IMG/VR virus record: IMGVR_UViG_3300021979_000003
Span: 160,001 to 224,000 of that record
Strand: one strand, 5' to 3'
Source of the DNA: a virus
Lineage: Duplodnaviria > Caudoviricetes
DNA: 64,000 nt
How positions within the stretch are numbered: the first letter of the stretch is position 1; every line of letters begins with the position of its first letter. Below the pieces are notes generated by a model, which saw only the letters and a list, made by a program, of their open reading frames with translations, did no database searches and was not told where the DNA came from. Positions 7,607-18,343 of this stretch are shown piece after piece. Position numbers and translations under genes: made by a program.

Positions 7607-10600
7607 ATGTCAGAAAGTATAAGACAAAACAATTTATTCGCTGCCGAAGATTGGAAAGTAGTATACAACGCTTTCCGTAATGTTTCTCTTCAAGCATACG
7701 ATTACAACACAATATATAATGCTCTTATCGATTATTTAAGAACTAATAATCCAGATGAGTTCAACGACTATGTTCAGCATTCAGAAATGCTTGCACATAT
7801 TAATATGCTGGCATATCTAGGTCAGTCATATGCTTTTCGTATTGACCTAAACGCAAGGGAAAACTTCTTTGACACAGCAGAACGTCGTGAAAGTGTTTTA
7901 AAGCTTGCACAGGGTTTATCTTACAAACCCAAGCGTAATAGAACAGCAAACGGTCTATGTAAAATTGTGTCTGTACAAACAACAGAACCACTATTAGATT
8001 CACAAGGTAATAACATTTCAAATACTGAAATATCTTGGGAACAGATCAACAATTCAAGCTGGTATGAAAACTTCATAAAGGTTTTAAATAGAGCATTCCT
8101 ATCCACTAACCGTTTTGGTGAGCCAGTCAAATCAGGTTCTGTCAACAATATCGACACACAGGTTTATTCCATAAACAACCTTAGTGTTAATAACAGCGAT
8201 ATTGTATATAACTTTAGTTCTTCTGTTAATGGTGAGAACATGTCATTCGAAGTGGTATCCGCTGATATTGATGAAAACGTTATCAAGGAAAGATCACCTC
8301 GTCCAGAATCCAGTATTAATATTCTTTACAGAAATGATCAACTAGGAAGCTCATCACCGGATACTGGTTTCTTCGTATACTTCAAAGAAGGTGAATTAAA
8401 CTTTACCAACTTGGAATACAACACACCAGTACCTGACAGGGAAGAGCTTATTGATGTGGCTAATATCAACGAAACCGATGTGTGGTTACAGGAGCTTGAT
8501 ACTGATACTGGTAATGTAACTACTGAATGGACGCCTATCTCAAGTCTGGTTGGACAGAATATTATCTATAATGATGTTTATCTTGACCGTAGAAAAGTAT
8601 ATTCAGTAAACACGGAGTCTGGTAACCGCGTAAGACTTAAGTTCAGTGATGGTAACTTCGGTGAAGTGCCTATCGGTAGCTTCCGAGTTATGTATAGAAC
8701 ATCAAGAAACCAGTCATTCATAATCAGACCTAACGACATTCAAAAGCGTACTATAAACATTCGTTACGTTGGTAAGGATAATCAGAACTATATTTTAACA
8801 CTAAAATTCTCCCTTCAGTACACAATTGATAATGCTGAAGCAGAAGAAACTACCAATGAAATAAAGCGTAACGCGCCTCTGGTACACTACACACAGGATC
8901 GTATGATTAACGGTGAAGACTACAACGTCTTCCCATTAACACAGTCAAACCTTGTGAGGAAGGTCAAGGCGGTTAACCGTACACACGCTGGTCACAGTCG
9001 CTATATTGATATTACTGACCCAACCGGTGCACACTCCAATACTACTGTTGTTGGTGATGATGCATACATGTATAAAGACTATGGTTTGAATTCCGATGGT
9101 TTCAAAATAGAAAGTAATACTAATTATGCATCACTAGTAAGAACTCGTATCGAGCCTTTATTAAACAGCTATGGTATCGATAACTACTATTTCCACGACA
9201 TTCGTTCTGTCATACTTTCAGAACAGATAGACAACCTTGGTGGGTACGGTAGCGATTATCTAAGCTATGATAATGGACGCTACGTATGGAAAACATTACC
9301 AATGAATATGTATGCTACAACTGGCTATGTTTATGACACGCAAACTTCACAGAACGTCGAAATTGGGGTTGAGTCACCAGACAATAAGCTAAAGCTTCTA
9401 AGAGAAAATTCCAAGGTTCTGTTTAAAAATAACAATGGTCAAAGTAAATGGGTTACTATTCGTGGCCTAGAAGAAGGCGGTATTGTGAACTTACAAGTTG
9501 ATACTACAGGAACTGTAGAGTTAAGTGATGATGTTGATGATGGATGGTATATCAAAGAAGTCATCCCCGGCATCCGTAAGAGTCTTAACACCGATGAAAA
9601 GATTGCAGTTCAAACAGAAATAGAGAACAACCGATCATTTGGTTTAAGATATGATTTTATCAATGATTCATGGTTGATCATTGCACAAGAAAATATTGTA
9701 AACACCGATAACAATACGTTTGACCTGAATGCACCTGCATTGCCTAACGCGCCAGATAACCGTTGGGTTCTAAAAGCTACCTTTATCAATGAACAGGGTG
9801 AAAAGAGATACAATATTATAACAAGACAGTTACGATATATATTCGGTTCAGATAAGCAAGTACGCTTCTTCTTCAAGAACAATGATAAAGTCATTGATTA
9901 CGAAACAGGAAAGTTTGTTCAGGATTACATAAAGATTCTTTCTTCAAACTCTGATAGAAAAGATATTAAAGAGCAAACAACTACCGCTCGTGCAGTAGTT
10001 GGACACATGTATACGTCTGCTACTCATAGTTCAACAACTGAATATGACATCACTAGTAGCATTCCATATAATGCTAATATTGGTGATGTGAAGCTTTTAA
10101 CTGTTGATAAAAAGATTATCAACAATTGGGAAATAACATTCGATAACAACCGAACTATACTTACTATCAACGATAGTTTAATTCCTGACAATACTGTTAC
10201 TGCTTTTAAAATAACAGATGTTATTGAAGTATATGACTTAGAAGGCGGTAACGATACGTTGACGCAGAGTTACAACTTCTCAGTGGTTGACAACTTCATT
10301 CAGAATGATGGTATTGTGGATTACTCTAAGGTTCTTATTGAGCCACAAGATAGTGATGACGATGAGATACAGGATTATCCACTGGCGTTCGAGGATATTG
10401 TTAATCTAAACGAATATGTGTTCTTTAAAACATACTCAGATATTGATAATATCATCTATAACCGTGTTGATAGCAGTGTTCTTCTATTAAATGATAACAC
10501 TACAAGGATTAATGAAGGCGTAGTTTATTATTGTAGTTCCGATATTACTATCAATGATAATTATGGAAATCCAATAAACTATGTAGCTGGAAACTTTTAT

Positions 10601-11338
10601 GAAGGTGATGATGTCGATGGAAGTGGTGTTCGCCCAAATAGTGCTACGCTTCTAGTTAATGACTCAGACGATGATGGTAATACATATAGCGCCTTTATCG
10701 GTAGAACATTTACTAAAGATGATCCATTCTTCTTCCAGTGGAAACATTATGCTGGTGGTAAGGATCGTATTGACCCAAGTATATCAAATATCATTGACAC
10801 ATATGTACTTACTCGCTCATATGATAATGCAGTTAGAACGTGGTTGAACAACAGAGAGAGTGTTGAAACATTCCCTTCGCTGCCAACGTCTAATGAAATC
10901 AAAAGCAACTTGCAAATGATTGAAAATAATAAGTCCACTTCGGATCAAATTATTTACATTCCTGCATCATACAAACTATTGTTTGGTGTATCTGCGTTGC
11001 CTGAGTATAGAGCGAAATTCAAGATTGTTAAAACAACTGGAAGTTATTTAACAGATAATGAAATAAAGTCACAGGTCATTGAAGCAGTAAACGAATTCTT
11101 TAATATAGACAATTGGGACTTTGGATCAGGTTTCTACTTTACTGAACTATCCACATATGTTCATACAAAACTTACTGGTAATATCGCTTCGGTTGTTATT
11201 GTACCTGAAGATGAGAACTCTAGGTTTGGTGAGCTATTTGAAATACGTTCTGAACCAAATGAACTGTTCTTGTCTACTGCGACGGTAGATAATATCGAGA
11301 TTGTTAGAACTTACACTGATGCAAACTTAAGGAAGTAA
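7607..11338 (+). CDS. gp6: large baseplate wedge protein, gp6-like
   Basis: 1243 aa; AYDY..I...L.DYL...Y.DEFND...SE, LAYLGQSYAFRIDLNARENF.DTAERRESVL.LA..L.Y.PKR, LKFSDGNFGEVP, QDRMINGEDY; follows gp25. Confidence 0.9.
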   Translation: MSESIRQNNLFAAEDWKVVYNAFRNVSLQAYDYNTIYNALIDYLRTNNPDEFNDYVQHSEMLAHINMLAYLGQSYAFRIDLNARENFFDTAERRESVLKLAQGLSYKPKRNRTANGLCKIVSVQTTEPLLDSQGNNISNTEISWEQINNSSWYENFIKVLNRAFLSTNRFGEPVKSGSVNNIDTQVYSINNLSVNNSDIVYNFSSSVNGENMSFEVVSADIDENVIKERSPRPESSINILYRNDQLGSSSPDTGFFVYFKEGELNFTNLEYNTPVPDREELIDVANINETDVWLQELDTDTGNVTTEWTPISSLVGQNIIYNDVYLDRRKVYSVNTESGNRVRLKFSDGNFGEVPIGSFRVMYRTSRNQSFIIRPNDIQKRTINIRYVGKDNQNYILTLKFSLQYTIDNAEAEETTNEIKRNAPLVHYTQDRMINGEDYNVFPLTQSNLVRKVKAVNRTHAGHSRYIDITDPTGAHSNTTVVGDDAYMYKDYGLNSDGFKIESNTNYASLVRTRIEPLLNSYGIDNYYFHDIRSVILSEQIDNLGGYGSDYLSYDNGRYVWKTLPMNMYATTGYVYDTQTSQNVEIGVESPDNKLKLLRENSKVLFKNNNGQSKWVTIRGLEEGGIVNLQVDTTGTVELSDDVDDGWYIKEVIPGIRKSLNTDEKIAVQTEIENNRSFGLRYDFINDSWLIIAQENIVNTDNNTFDLNAPALPNAPDNRWVLKATFINEQGEKRYNIITRQLRYIFGSDKQVRFFFKNNDKVIDYETGKFVQDYIKILSSNSDRKDIKEQTTTARAVVGHMYTSATHSSTTEYDITSSIPYNANIGDVKLLTVDKKIINNWEITFDNNRTILTINDSLIPDNTVTAFKITDVIEVYDLEGGNDTLTQSYNFSVVDNFIQNDGIVDYSKVLIEPQDSDDDEIQDYPLAFEDIVNLNEYVFFKTYSDIDNIIYNRVDSSVLLLNDNTTRINEGVVYYCSSDITINDNYGNPINYVAGNFYEGDDVDGSGVRPNSATLLVNDSDDDGNTYSAFIGRTFTKDDPFFFQWKHYAGGKDRIDPSISNIIDTYVLTRSYDNAVRTWLNNRESVETFPSLPTSNEIKSNLQMIENNKSTSDQIIYIPASYKLLFGVSALPEYRAKFKIVKTTGSYLTDNEIKSQVIEAVNEFFNIDNWDFGSGFYFTELSTYVHTKLTGNIASVVIVPEDENSRFGELFEIRSEPNELFLSTATVDNIEIVRTYTDANLRK

Positions 11339-11339
11339 T

Positions 11340-12710
11340 ATGTACAGTAGAGATTATTTTTACGATAAGCAACTTAGAAGATACCTTTTACAAATAATTA
11401 GGTTATTCTCTGGATTCAAAGTTTATGATGGAAAGCGTAATGGTGCTGACAGATATAAGTTAGTACCATGCACATATGCTGATATGTCCAGACTAGGTGC
11501 AACATATCTCAACAAAAACAGTGAGAATATTCTTACGTCTGCACCTATGCTGTCATTACATATATCAGACTTCCAGCCACTTCCTGAGTATAGACATACA
11601 CCACATTACGAAGGTGTGAGTCATATAACTGAAAAACAAAAGAATAGTTCTGGTGATTATATTAATAAACCAGCTAGCAAGTACACAATATCTCAATTGA
11701 TGCCTGTTCCGTTTACTATGAACGTGAACGTTGATGTTTTCACTACATCAACTGATCAGAAAATGGAACTTATGGAGCAGATATTAGTGTGGTACAACCC
11801 CGGCTTTGAATTTAGAGTTAATTCTTCTCCTATGGATATGGGTAACGTTGCCAATATTCAACTGGATAACATTCAATGGACCTCACGTAGCGTACCACAA
11901 GGCACAAGTACTGAGATTGACGTTATGACTCTAACGTTTAGAGTATACCCTGTGTTTATTACCAGTCCTGCTAAGATTCGAAAACAAACCAAGATACATA
12001 GTATCTACACTAATATGCATCTAACCACTGGTGATGAAAACACGCTTCTTAGTAACTCTTTAGATGACATCTTTACCCGAGAAAACTACCTACTTGAACC
12101 GGTTGTTGCTACTCCTAATGGCTATGATTTAGAAGTTTATAAGAAGCAAGACAATAACTATTATGCTAAAATAATAAACACGTCTGGTGGATATGATAAC
12201 TGGAATACATTATTTGACAAATATGGTAAAGTCGATGAGGGCGTTACCACAATCAGGATTGGGCAGTCTAATAACCCTGAAGACGATAATAGTTTCATAT
12301 TTGGTACGTTCCTATATACCAATAGTGAGGAAGAAATACAATTAGAGTTTGATGTAGATACATTCTCTACTCCTACGCTTGATCCTGTAGATGCAATAAT
12401 TAACCCGAATGCAACAACGATACCCACACCTAACACCGAAACAAGATTTTTGATCGCTAGTGATATAAAAGATTCTTCAAGATGGGGTGGACTTGTAGCC
12501 TCACAATGGGATATAATAGAAACTGTAGATGGTGGAGCAACATGGTCTATAGCATTTGATGCATCTGAAACGACAAGTGAAGAATATGTTATTAATTTAA
12601 CAAAAGACGATCTGTATAAGTTTCACAATGGACAATGGATATCTGCTATATCCGGTAGGTATACCGAAGGCTTTTGGGCCTTTGATGTTGAAAAGCTTGA
12701 AGGTACATGA
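11340..12710 (+). CDS. gp15: tail sheath stabiliser/terminator, gp15-like, with C-terminal extension
   Basis: YFYDKQLRRYLLQIIRLFSGF...VPCTYA, PVPFTMNVNVDVFT, QKMELMEQILVWYNP. Confidence 0.75.
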   Translation: MYSRDYFYDKQLRRYLLQIIRLFSGFKVYDGKRNGADRYKLVPCTYADMSRLGATYLNKNSENILTSAPMLSLHISDFQPLPEYRHTPHYEGVSHITEKQKNSSGDYINKPASKYTISQLMPVPFTMNVNVDVFTTSTDQKMELMEQILVWYNPGFEFRVNSSPMDMGNVANIQLDNIQWTSRSVPQGTSTEIDVMTLTFRVYPVFITSPAKIRKQTKIHSIYTNMHLTTGDENTLLSNSLDDIFTRENYLLEPVVATPNGYDLEVYKKQDNNYYAKIINTSGGYDNWNTLFDKYGKVDEGVTTIRIGQSNNPEDDNSFIFGTFLYTNSEEEIQLEFDVDTFSTPTLDPVDAIINPNATTIPTPNTETRFLIASDIKDSSRWGGLVASQWDIIETVDGGATWSIAFDASETTSEEYVINLTKDDLYKFHNGQWISAISGRYTEGFWAFDVEKLEGT

Positions 12711-12739
12711 TACAATGCTCCTATATAGGAGCATTTTTT

Positions 12740-13156
12740 ATGAGTCAATTTAAACTAAAAAAGTCTGGTCTAGTACTTTACCGCAAAACCAAAGATGATG
12801 TTTTGTTTCGTTGTATGATCCCTAGTGATCCTATGTATGGTGGATCATCCCCCCAAATTCCCAAAGGTGGAATTGATGAAGGTGACAGTGTTAAGTTTAC
12901 GGCAGTGAAAGAATGCTGTGAAGAATGTGGCCTTATACCTACAAACCTTGAAAGCATCGAAGAATTTAAAATCTATCCTAAAATGAAGATGGCAATTTTT
13001 ATTGGAACCGTTGATGATCCCGACGATTTTGTTGAACCACATTGGGAATCTAAATGGTCTGGTTGGGTCAGCTATAATACTGAAAGAGAACGTCTACGAG
13101 ACATTCAAAGACATATTTTCGATGATATTTACGAACATGTAACGGGTAAGGAATAG
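12740..13156 (+). CDS. NUDIX hydrolase
   Basis: PKGGIDEGDSVKFTAVKECCEECGL Nudix box; ATG 12740 follows AGGAG (track start 12707). Confidence 0.85.
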   Translation: MSQFKLKKSGLVLYRKTKDDVLFRCMIPSDPMYGGSSPQIPKGGIDEGDSVKFTAVKECCEECGLIPTNLESIEEFKIYPKMKMAIFIGTVDDPDDFVEPHWESKWSGWVSYNTERERLRDIQRHIFDDIYEHVTGKE

Positions 13157-13158
13157 GT

Positions 13159-14052
13159 ATGGAAATGTATACGTCAGAAGATGAAGAACTAATGATTAAT
13201 GGTCAGCGGTTTACTGATTTTCTGAGTACTATCGAACTGAAGATTATGGACTTAGAATATCAGGTAGGTAATCAACAGGTTCGCATTGATAACTTAGAAT
13301 CAGATAACGTAATGATTGAAGGTAATCTAAATGAACAGGTTGTTATTAATAATAACTTCAGAGACTTCATAACTTACATTATTGATGCAGAAATGTTTTA
13401 TACCATGTCTTACAACTTTGCAAAGAAGCTCTGTTATGATAATAAAGTTACTGGTGATCACCTTATTAGTAACGCATCTATGGTTTCGTCAACCATTTCC
13501 AACACCGTTAACTATGGTGACGAAGCATACAGCCTTGAATATTGGAGCCTCATTTTTGAAAGGGCAATAGAAATGGGCGTCTCTAAAGACATCTTATATA
13601 ATCGTCTGATTGAGTATTCTAAAAATGTGACACGGTATTCGGCACATACTATTACTGGTTATGACCTTAATAGTCAACGTCCGAAGTTGTCTTCATTTCT
13701 TCAACGAAGATTTAATTATTACGATATTCTTACACTTTTTACATCAAACTGTTCAGATAAAAATTGTCTTGCTAAGATTGTAATTCAGTCACTGTGTCCA
13801 TACTACAAAGTTGAATACATTAATTATCTCTTTAAACAATGGACTCCTAATATGATTGTTCAACATTGGCAGTATATTAGAAGTGTCGATTGTAGTTCAT
13901 TGAGGGATTCATATTTCGACAATATGTATAAAATTCTTTCTAGTAAATCCGGGGAGCATTATGAGGCATTTAAAGATGACAAACGGTTCATTGAGTCTTT
14001 GAGAAATGCATCTTCTAGGATAGACAACTATTATAAGTTAAGGAACCAATGA
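13159..14052 (+). CDS. hypothetical protein, N-terminal coiled coil plus helical domain
   Basis: 297-aa ORF with heptad N-terminus. Confidence 0.65.
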   Translation: MEMYTSEDEELMINGQRFTDFLSTIELKIMDLEYQVGNQQVRIDNLESDNVMIEGNLNEQVVINNNFRDFITYIIDAEMFYTMSYNFAKKLCYDNKVTGDHLISNASMVSSTISNTVNYGDEAYSLEYWSLIFERAIEMGVSKDILYNRLIEYSKNVTRYSAHTITGYDLNSQRPKLSSFLQRRFNYYDILTLFTSNCSDKNCLAKIVIQSLCPYYKVEYINYLFKQWTPNMIVQHWQYIRSVDCSSLRDSYFDNMYKILSSKSGEHYEAFKDDKRFIESLRNASSRIDNYYKLRNQ

Positions 14053-14060
14053 GGTTCCTT
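14040..14060. terminator. hairpin between convergent genes
   Basis: AAGGAACC-AATGA-GGTTCCTT. Confidence 0.5.
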
Positions 14061-14062
14061 AA

Positions 14063-14584
14063 TTATCTTATACATTTTACTCTTACTAATTTAGCGTTAT
14101 CCAAAGATTTGACAGTCACATGTTGAGATTTTGATGAAGTTACTGACCCTAAGTTTTCTAAAATTTTTGATCCAGAGTTGTGTATGAGTTCCGCCTTCCC
14201 CTCAAAGCAAATTATTGTTTCATCTTTACTTATAGGAATTATTTTTTGTTCGCCCGTATTCAGCCACATATCAGATACAGATTGAATTTCAATGTTATCT
14301 TTTCTTATAAACATTAGGTAATCAATAGTATCTTCTGATAAGGCATGATACTCTAACGTTTTATATTCAAAACGTGATATATTCTCAATATATCTACTAA
14401 TAGTATCAGGGTGAACCTTCTCATTCATTTCTGGACAATAAACATAACCATCGCCTCGTATTCCATAAAAAAATATGTGAACACCATATTTGTCATTGTT
14501 TTCATGTACTAAAACATCGCCCTTACGCATAGACCCATAACATAAGTTGAAGTTATTAAATTTTTTCAAGCTTGTTGCAATCAT
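14063..14584 (-). CDS. hypothetical protein downstream of tail fibre (cupin-like beta protein)
   Basis: 173-aa ORF coupled by ATGA overlap. Confidence 0.6.
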   Translation of the reverse strand: MIATSLKKFNNFNLCYGSMRKGDVLVHENNDKYGVHIFFYGIRGDGYVYCPEMNEKVHPDTISRYIENISRFEYKTLEYHALSEDTIDYLMFIRKDNIEIQSVSDMWLNTGEQKIIPISKDETIICFEGKAELIHNSGSKILENLGSVTSSKSQHVTVKSLDNAKLVRVKCIR

Positions 14585-14847
14585 ATTACATCCTCGCCAT
14601 TATCTGTATCTGAATATGGGTCTTCTGGTTGATTACTTTTTTCATAGAGCGTTTTCAAAACCGTTGGAATTTCAATAGGTTCAGGTTCTTCTGGTCGTAA
14701 CTTTTCTATAATTTCTATAACTTCATTTTCAGTAAGATTACTATTATTAATTATCTCTTCCGGTATATAATGGTTGAGTCTAATCCATCCCCAATCAATA
14801 ACCATGGTTCTTTCTTTTTCATTAAATCTTAAAATTTTAAAATTCAT
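14581..14847 (-). CDS. putative tail fibre assembly/accessory protein
   Basis: 88 aa directly downstream of the tail fibre; GAGGA RBS. Confidence 0.55.
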   Translation of the reverse strand: MNFKILRFNEKERTMVIDWGWIRLNHYIPEEIINNSNLTENEVIEIIEKLRPEEPEPIEIPTVLKTLYEKSNQPEDPYSDTDNGEDVI

Positions 14848-14860
14848 AAATTCCTCTCAA

Positions 14861-17209
14861 TTAAACATCACTTCTACCTATCACTGTACTATTTATATTA
14901 GTAAATGATTGTATATTTCCACCACTATCTTGTATAGCATATCCAGCAGCACCGCCCACACCTAAGTCACCTGAACGTCCACTACTAGATGTCACGGCAC
15001 CGCCTACTAATTGATAAGAAACCGTTTCTACATTACTTGATCCTGTCGAACTCGCACCGGGGCTTCCATAGGCACCACCATTTCCTCCATATAAATCAAA
15101 AGTATGATTTACTGTATATGGATTATTGTTGGAGTCATATCTAGTTTCTTCTTCAGTGTGTCGTGCACTACCACCTACACCAGCGCTACTACTCGTTCCT
15201 TGTGTAGCATTTGTTGTTGAAACGTTACCGATAGCGTCAGTAACAGTTGCAACTCGACCTGTAATAGACCTACCACCACCACCGGGGCCTAGCGCATTAG
15301 TTGAATAGCTTGTGTCACCACCCTTACCTGCGTTACTTGATGTGGCAGTATAGCGCACGGCACCGCCACCACCACCACCACCAGCGCGGACGGTACAACC
15401 ATTTATTGTTAAGTTAGTAGGCACTGCCGACACGTATATACACGTTCCACCGGGGCTTCCGTCATTACTACGATAATTTCCACCACCAGAGCCACCATGT
15501 GAAGTTATATTTGCATTGTAAATATTGAGTGTTAATTCACTACCTTCAGTAAAAAGAAAATAATTTTCTGTACGTATTGCAGCGTAAATAAGTCCGCCTT
15601 CAACTGTACTATAATTTCCGTATACATTAACAGTATAATGTAACCCCGGCTCAGGCATTCCAATTGCATCATATATAACAAGATTGCCGCCACTAAAATC
15701 AGTTATGTCTATTGGGTCTGGCTTTCCTAAAATAGTTATTGTTTTTTCGACTACAATTGATCCACTTGTAACACTAAGTGTTTCTGTATATTCATTCTCA
15801 GTTCCCGGTGGGACCGAAATAGTTATAATACCACCTGAAAAGGTATAAGGAAACGATGTACTTATGTTATAAGTCATTGTAGAGTCATATGGATCGATTG
15901 TATATTGAAAATCAGCCCCCGGCCAAACTTCATCACGCCCTACTACGTCATAAGGTGGAACTGCTAGTATAAGGGTGTTTATACTATCACTAGAACCTTC
16001 TCTAGTAACTGTAATAGTAGCCGTTACATCGTTCTCTAACGTGGCAGGTGTAATTAATGTAATAATATCATCTGTCCTAGACACAGTACCGTGTGTGGTT
16101 GTAACAGTATATGTATAATCTGGGTTATAGTTTCCAATTGTATATTGATAATTTCCACCGCCTGAATTTATTTCTGTAGGACCAGAAATCGTAACAGAAG
16201 GGTCTGCAACCAGAGTTATTGTAAATACATTTTCAAAACCATCTTTTAATACAACTAAATCTGTTTGTGTTTCAAATGGAATTGTATTAGGACCAATAAC
16301 CTCAATTATGTCTTCTGAAGAAAAGCTTACCCCAAATCCTGCATCTGAAGGTGGTAGTTCATACTCACTAAAGCTATTGTAGTTTGTTATTAAATAACTA
16401 AAAGTTCCACCAGAAGAGATTTCGGTTGGACCGTTTAAGGTAACTAATGTCTCCCCACGTGCGCCATATATCCATGCATTATCTATTTTTCCATTACTGT
16501 CAGAGACTGGTATAGCATATTCCTTTGGTGTGTTAGATAACATATATCTTCCTACACCTACTCTTCCAATACCACTTATAGGAGTGTATGTATCTATTGA
16601 TGTTGCATTGGTTTCTAGTGTGCCTATGAAAATTTTATTATCTTCATTTACTTCAAAGTTTTCCTTTATTCGTATGTCAGCAATACCAGCTTCTATTTGA
16701 ACATAGGTATAAAAAACTTTATTTTCAAAATTAGCATTAACGTCTCGAATGTCAAATGTATCAGTCGGAATGGTATACTTGGAGCCGTTTATCAGACATT
16801 CCATTTCACTAAAACGAATATTATACGAATCCAGAACTGAGTAGTCATATGTAGTTGAGCTTTGGTCACCAATAGACGTTATCCCATAAAACTCCCCACT
16901 TCTGACATTCTGTGGTATACTGTTCTGTAGATATAGTCTTGATACCGCATTTCTATTCTGTGTTGGATGATTAGCTAGTATTAGTTCAGGTATAGTGTCG
17001 TTTTCAGTTAAAAGAAACTCGTTACTTAGATCACCATAAGTATTACCTGATAATACATTAGCGTCTATTCCACCACCATCACCTTGTGATCCAGTTGCTA
17101 ATGTATTGAGTCCATCAATGTCACTAGCACTATGTCTATGATTGTTTGCAATACCTTTGTGTATTATTTTCTTACCACCAATGGTAGTACCGTTTGGTAA
17201 ATCTGCCAT
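14861..17209 (-). CDS. tail fibre/receptor-binding protein with ~3 Ig-like repeats and C-terminal gp38-like Gly-rich adhesin domain
   Basis: N-terminal TTIGGKKIIHKG...H.H.ASDIDGL fibre-root motif; repeats (L/I)xGPTEI...Y.ITNY; C-terminal ITSHGGSGG...GGTCI...TVRAGGGGGGG...GGAAGYAI; late promoter upstream. Confidence 0.8.
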   Translation of the reverse strand: MADLPNGTTIGGKKIIHKGIANNHRHSASDIDGLNTLATGSQGDGGGIDANVLSGNTYGDLSNEFLLTENDTIPELILANHPTQNRNAVSRLYLQNSIPQNVRSGEFYGITSIGDQSSTTYDYSVLDSYNIRFSEMECLINGSKYTIPTDTFDIRDVNANFENKVFYTYVQIEAGIADIRIKENFEVNEDNKIFIGTLETNATSIDTYTPISGIGRVGVGRYMLSNTPKEYAIPVSDSNGKIDNAWIYGARGETLVTLNGPTEISSGGTFSYLITNYNSFSEYELPPSDAGFGVSFSSEDIIEVIGPNTIPFETQTDLVVLKDGFENVFTITLVADPSVTISGPTEINSGGGNYQYTIGNYNPDYTYTVTTTHGTVSRTDDIITLITPATLENDVTATITVTREGSSDSINTLILAVPPYDVVGRDEVWPGADFQYTIDPYDSTMTYNISTSFPYTFSGGIITISVPPGTENEYTETLSVTSGSIVVEKTITILGKPDPIDITDFSGGNLVIYDAIGMPEPGLHYTVNVYGNYSTVEGGLIYAAIRTENYFLFTEGSELTLNIYNANITSHGGSGGGNYRSNDGSPGGTCIYVSAVPTNLTINGCTVRAGGGGGGGAVRYTATSSNAGKGGDTSYSTNALGPGGGGRSITGRVATVTDAIGNVSTTNATQGTSSSAGVGGSARHTEEETRYDSNNNPYTVNHTFDLYGGNGGAYGSPGASSTGSSNVETVSYQLVGGAVTSSSGRSGDLGVGGAAGYAIQDSGGNIQSFTNINSTVIGRSDV

Positions 17210-17249
17210 TTCTAAGACCTTTTCCTATTAATAGTATCGTGTTATAATG

Positions 17250-17257
17250 TATTTATA
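17250..17257 (-). promoter_or_regulatory. late promoter for the tail fibre operon
   Basis: TATAAATA on the minus strand 40 nt upstream of ATG 17209. Confidence 0.7.
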
Positions 17258-17278
17258 CAGTTATAAATGGAGCGCTTA

Positions 17279-18343
17279 ATGAGTACTTTTTACGATCCTC
17301 AAGATGAAATTGATGAGCTTTCACATAGAGTTAATGAGCTTGAAAATTGTATCAATGATCTTGAAGCTTCGGCATCGACACTAGAGACTGAAAATAATAA
17401 CCTTAAAACCGAGATTGAAGAGCTTAATGAAAAGCACAAAGAAAAAGTAAGCAACCTTTTAGATGAGGTTAGTGGGAAACAATCAGAAACATTTAACATA
17501 TTCTACGAACTCTATGTCTCACCTTTGATCGAAAAGCTTGAGTCTAAAGAATTGCCAGCGATTGAAGTATTTGAGGAAAGTGTTGATCACCACATTTTTT
17601 GTGACCTTATCAACGAAACCATGGAAATGAACTTGGGATTCTTCCATGAAGATGAAGACGAAAGTATTTTGAAAAACTCTTATTCCCTAGCATGTGAAGG
17701 TATCCAAAGGCTTCTCAAAGAAATAAATTCAGTTATCGACTCAGAATCATATTTTGAGTTTATCAATGAACTTTGCAAGCATGTTTCTCTATGTCCTACA
17801 AACATACTGGCATTCTTAAACGAATATACATGCGGGAACATAACATGTGATTTTGTACAGTCACTACCAGAAAAGGTAAAAAATTCTTTGGCTCGTAGTC
17901 TGATGAGCAACTTTTATGTTTCTAGATCATATATCCCAAACACTATGATGAACAGTATTACTTCTTATTCAGTTGGTATGCCTTACACTAGTGCTATCAA
18001 AGAATTGTTTGTTGTTCTATGGGACCATTTAAATCAAGACAAACTCAAAGTTAAAATGAAAGATCATAGTGATGTTGCAAGTAAGATCAATGCAGTAGTG
18101 AACTATAAGAAAGGCTATCGAAAGAGTACGGGTAAAACCAGAGGTTTGCTTGAAGACATTATGGATAGGGATATCTCTGTTTCTGATGATTTTTGGGAAA
18201 CATATTTTACTAAAAACCAAGAATCCTTTAAATCATTTTATAAGAATATCGTATCAAAAGAGGATGGAAGTGACTATATTGAGAAAATTCCATCCTCTAT
18301 ACGGAAAGAGGTTAATAAGCTAAAGATAAAAGGGGATTTTTAA
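17279..18343 (+). CDS. hypothetical protein, N-terminal coiled coil plus helical domain
   Basis: Track ORF 17267..18343; ATG 17279 follows GGAG. Confidence 0.65.
   Translation: MSTFYDPQDEIDELSHRVNELENCINDLEASASTLETENNNLKTEIEELNEKHKEKVSNLLDEVSGKQSETFNIFYELYVSPLIEKLESKELPAIEVFEESVDHHIFCDLINETMEMNLGFFHEDEDESILKNSYSLACEGIQRLLKEINSVIDSESYFEFINELCKHVSLCPTNILAFLNEYTCGNITCDFVQSLPEKVKNSLARSLMSNFYVSRSYIPNTMMNSITSYSVGMPYTSAIKELFVVLWDHLNQDKLKVKMKDHSDVASKINAVVNYKKGYRKSTGKTRGLLEDIMDRDISVSDDFWETYFTKNQESFKSFYKNIVSKEDGSDYIEKIPSSIRKEVNKLKIKGDF

Noticed and set aside
14861-15600. Gly-rich variable fibre tip as a diversity-generating retroelement target
   Set aside because: No reverse transcriptase or template repeat is present in the window.
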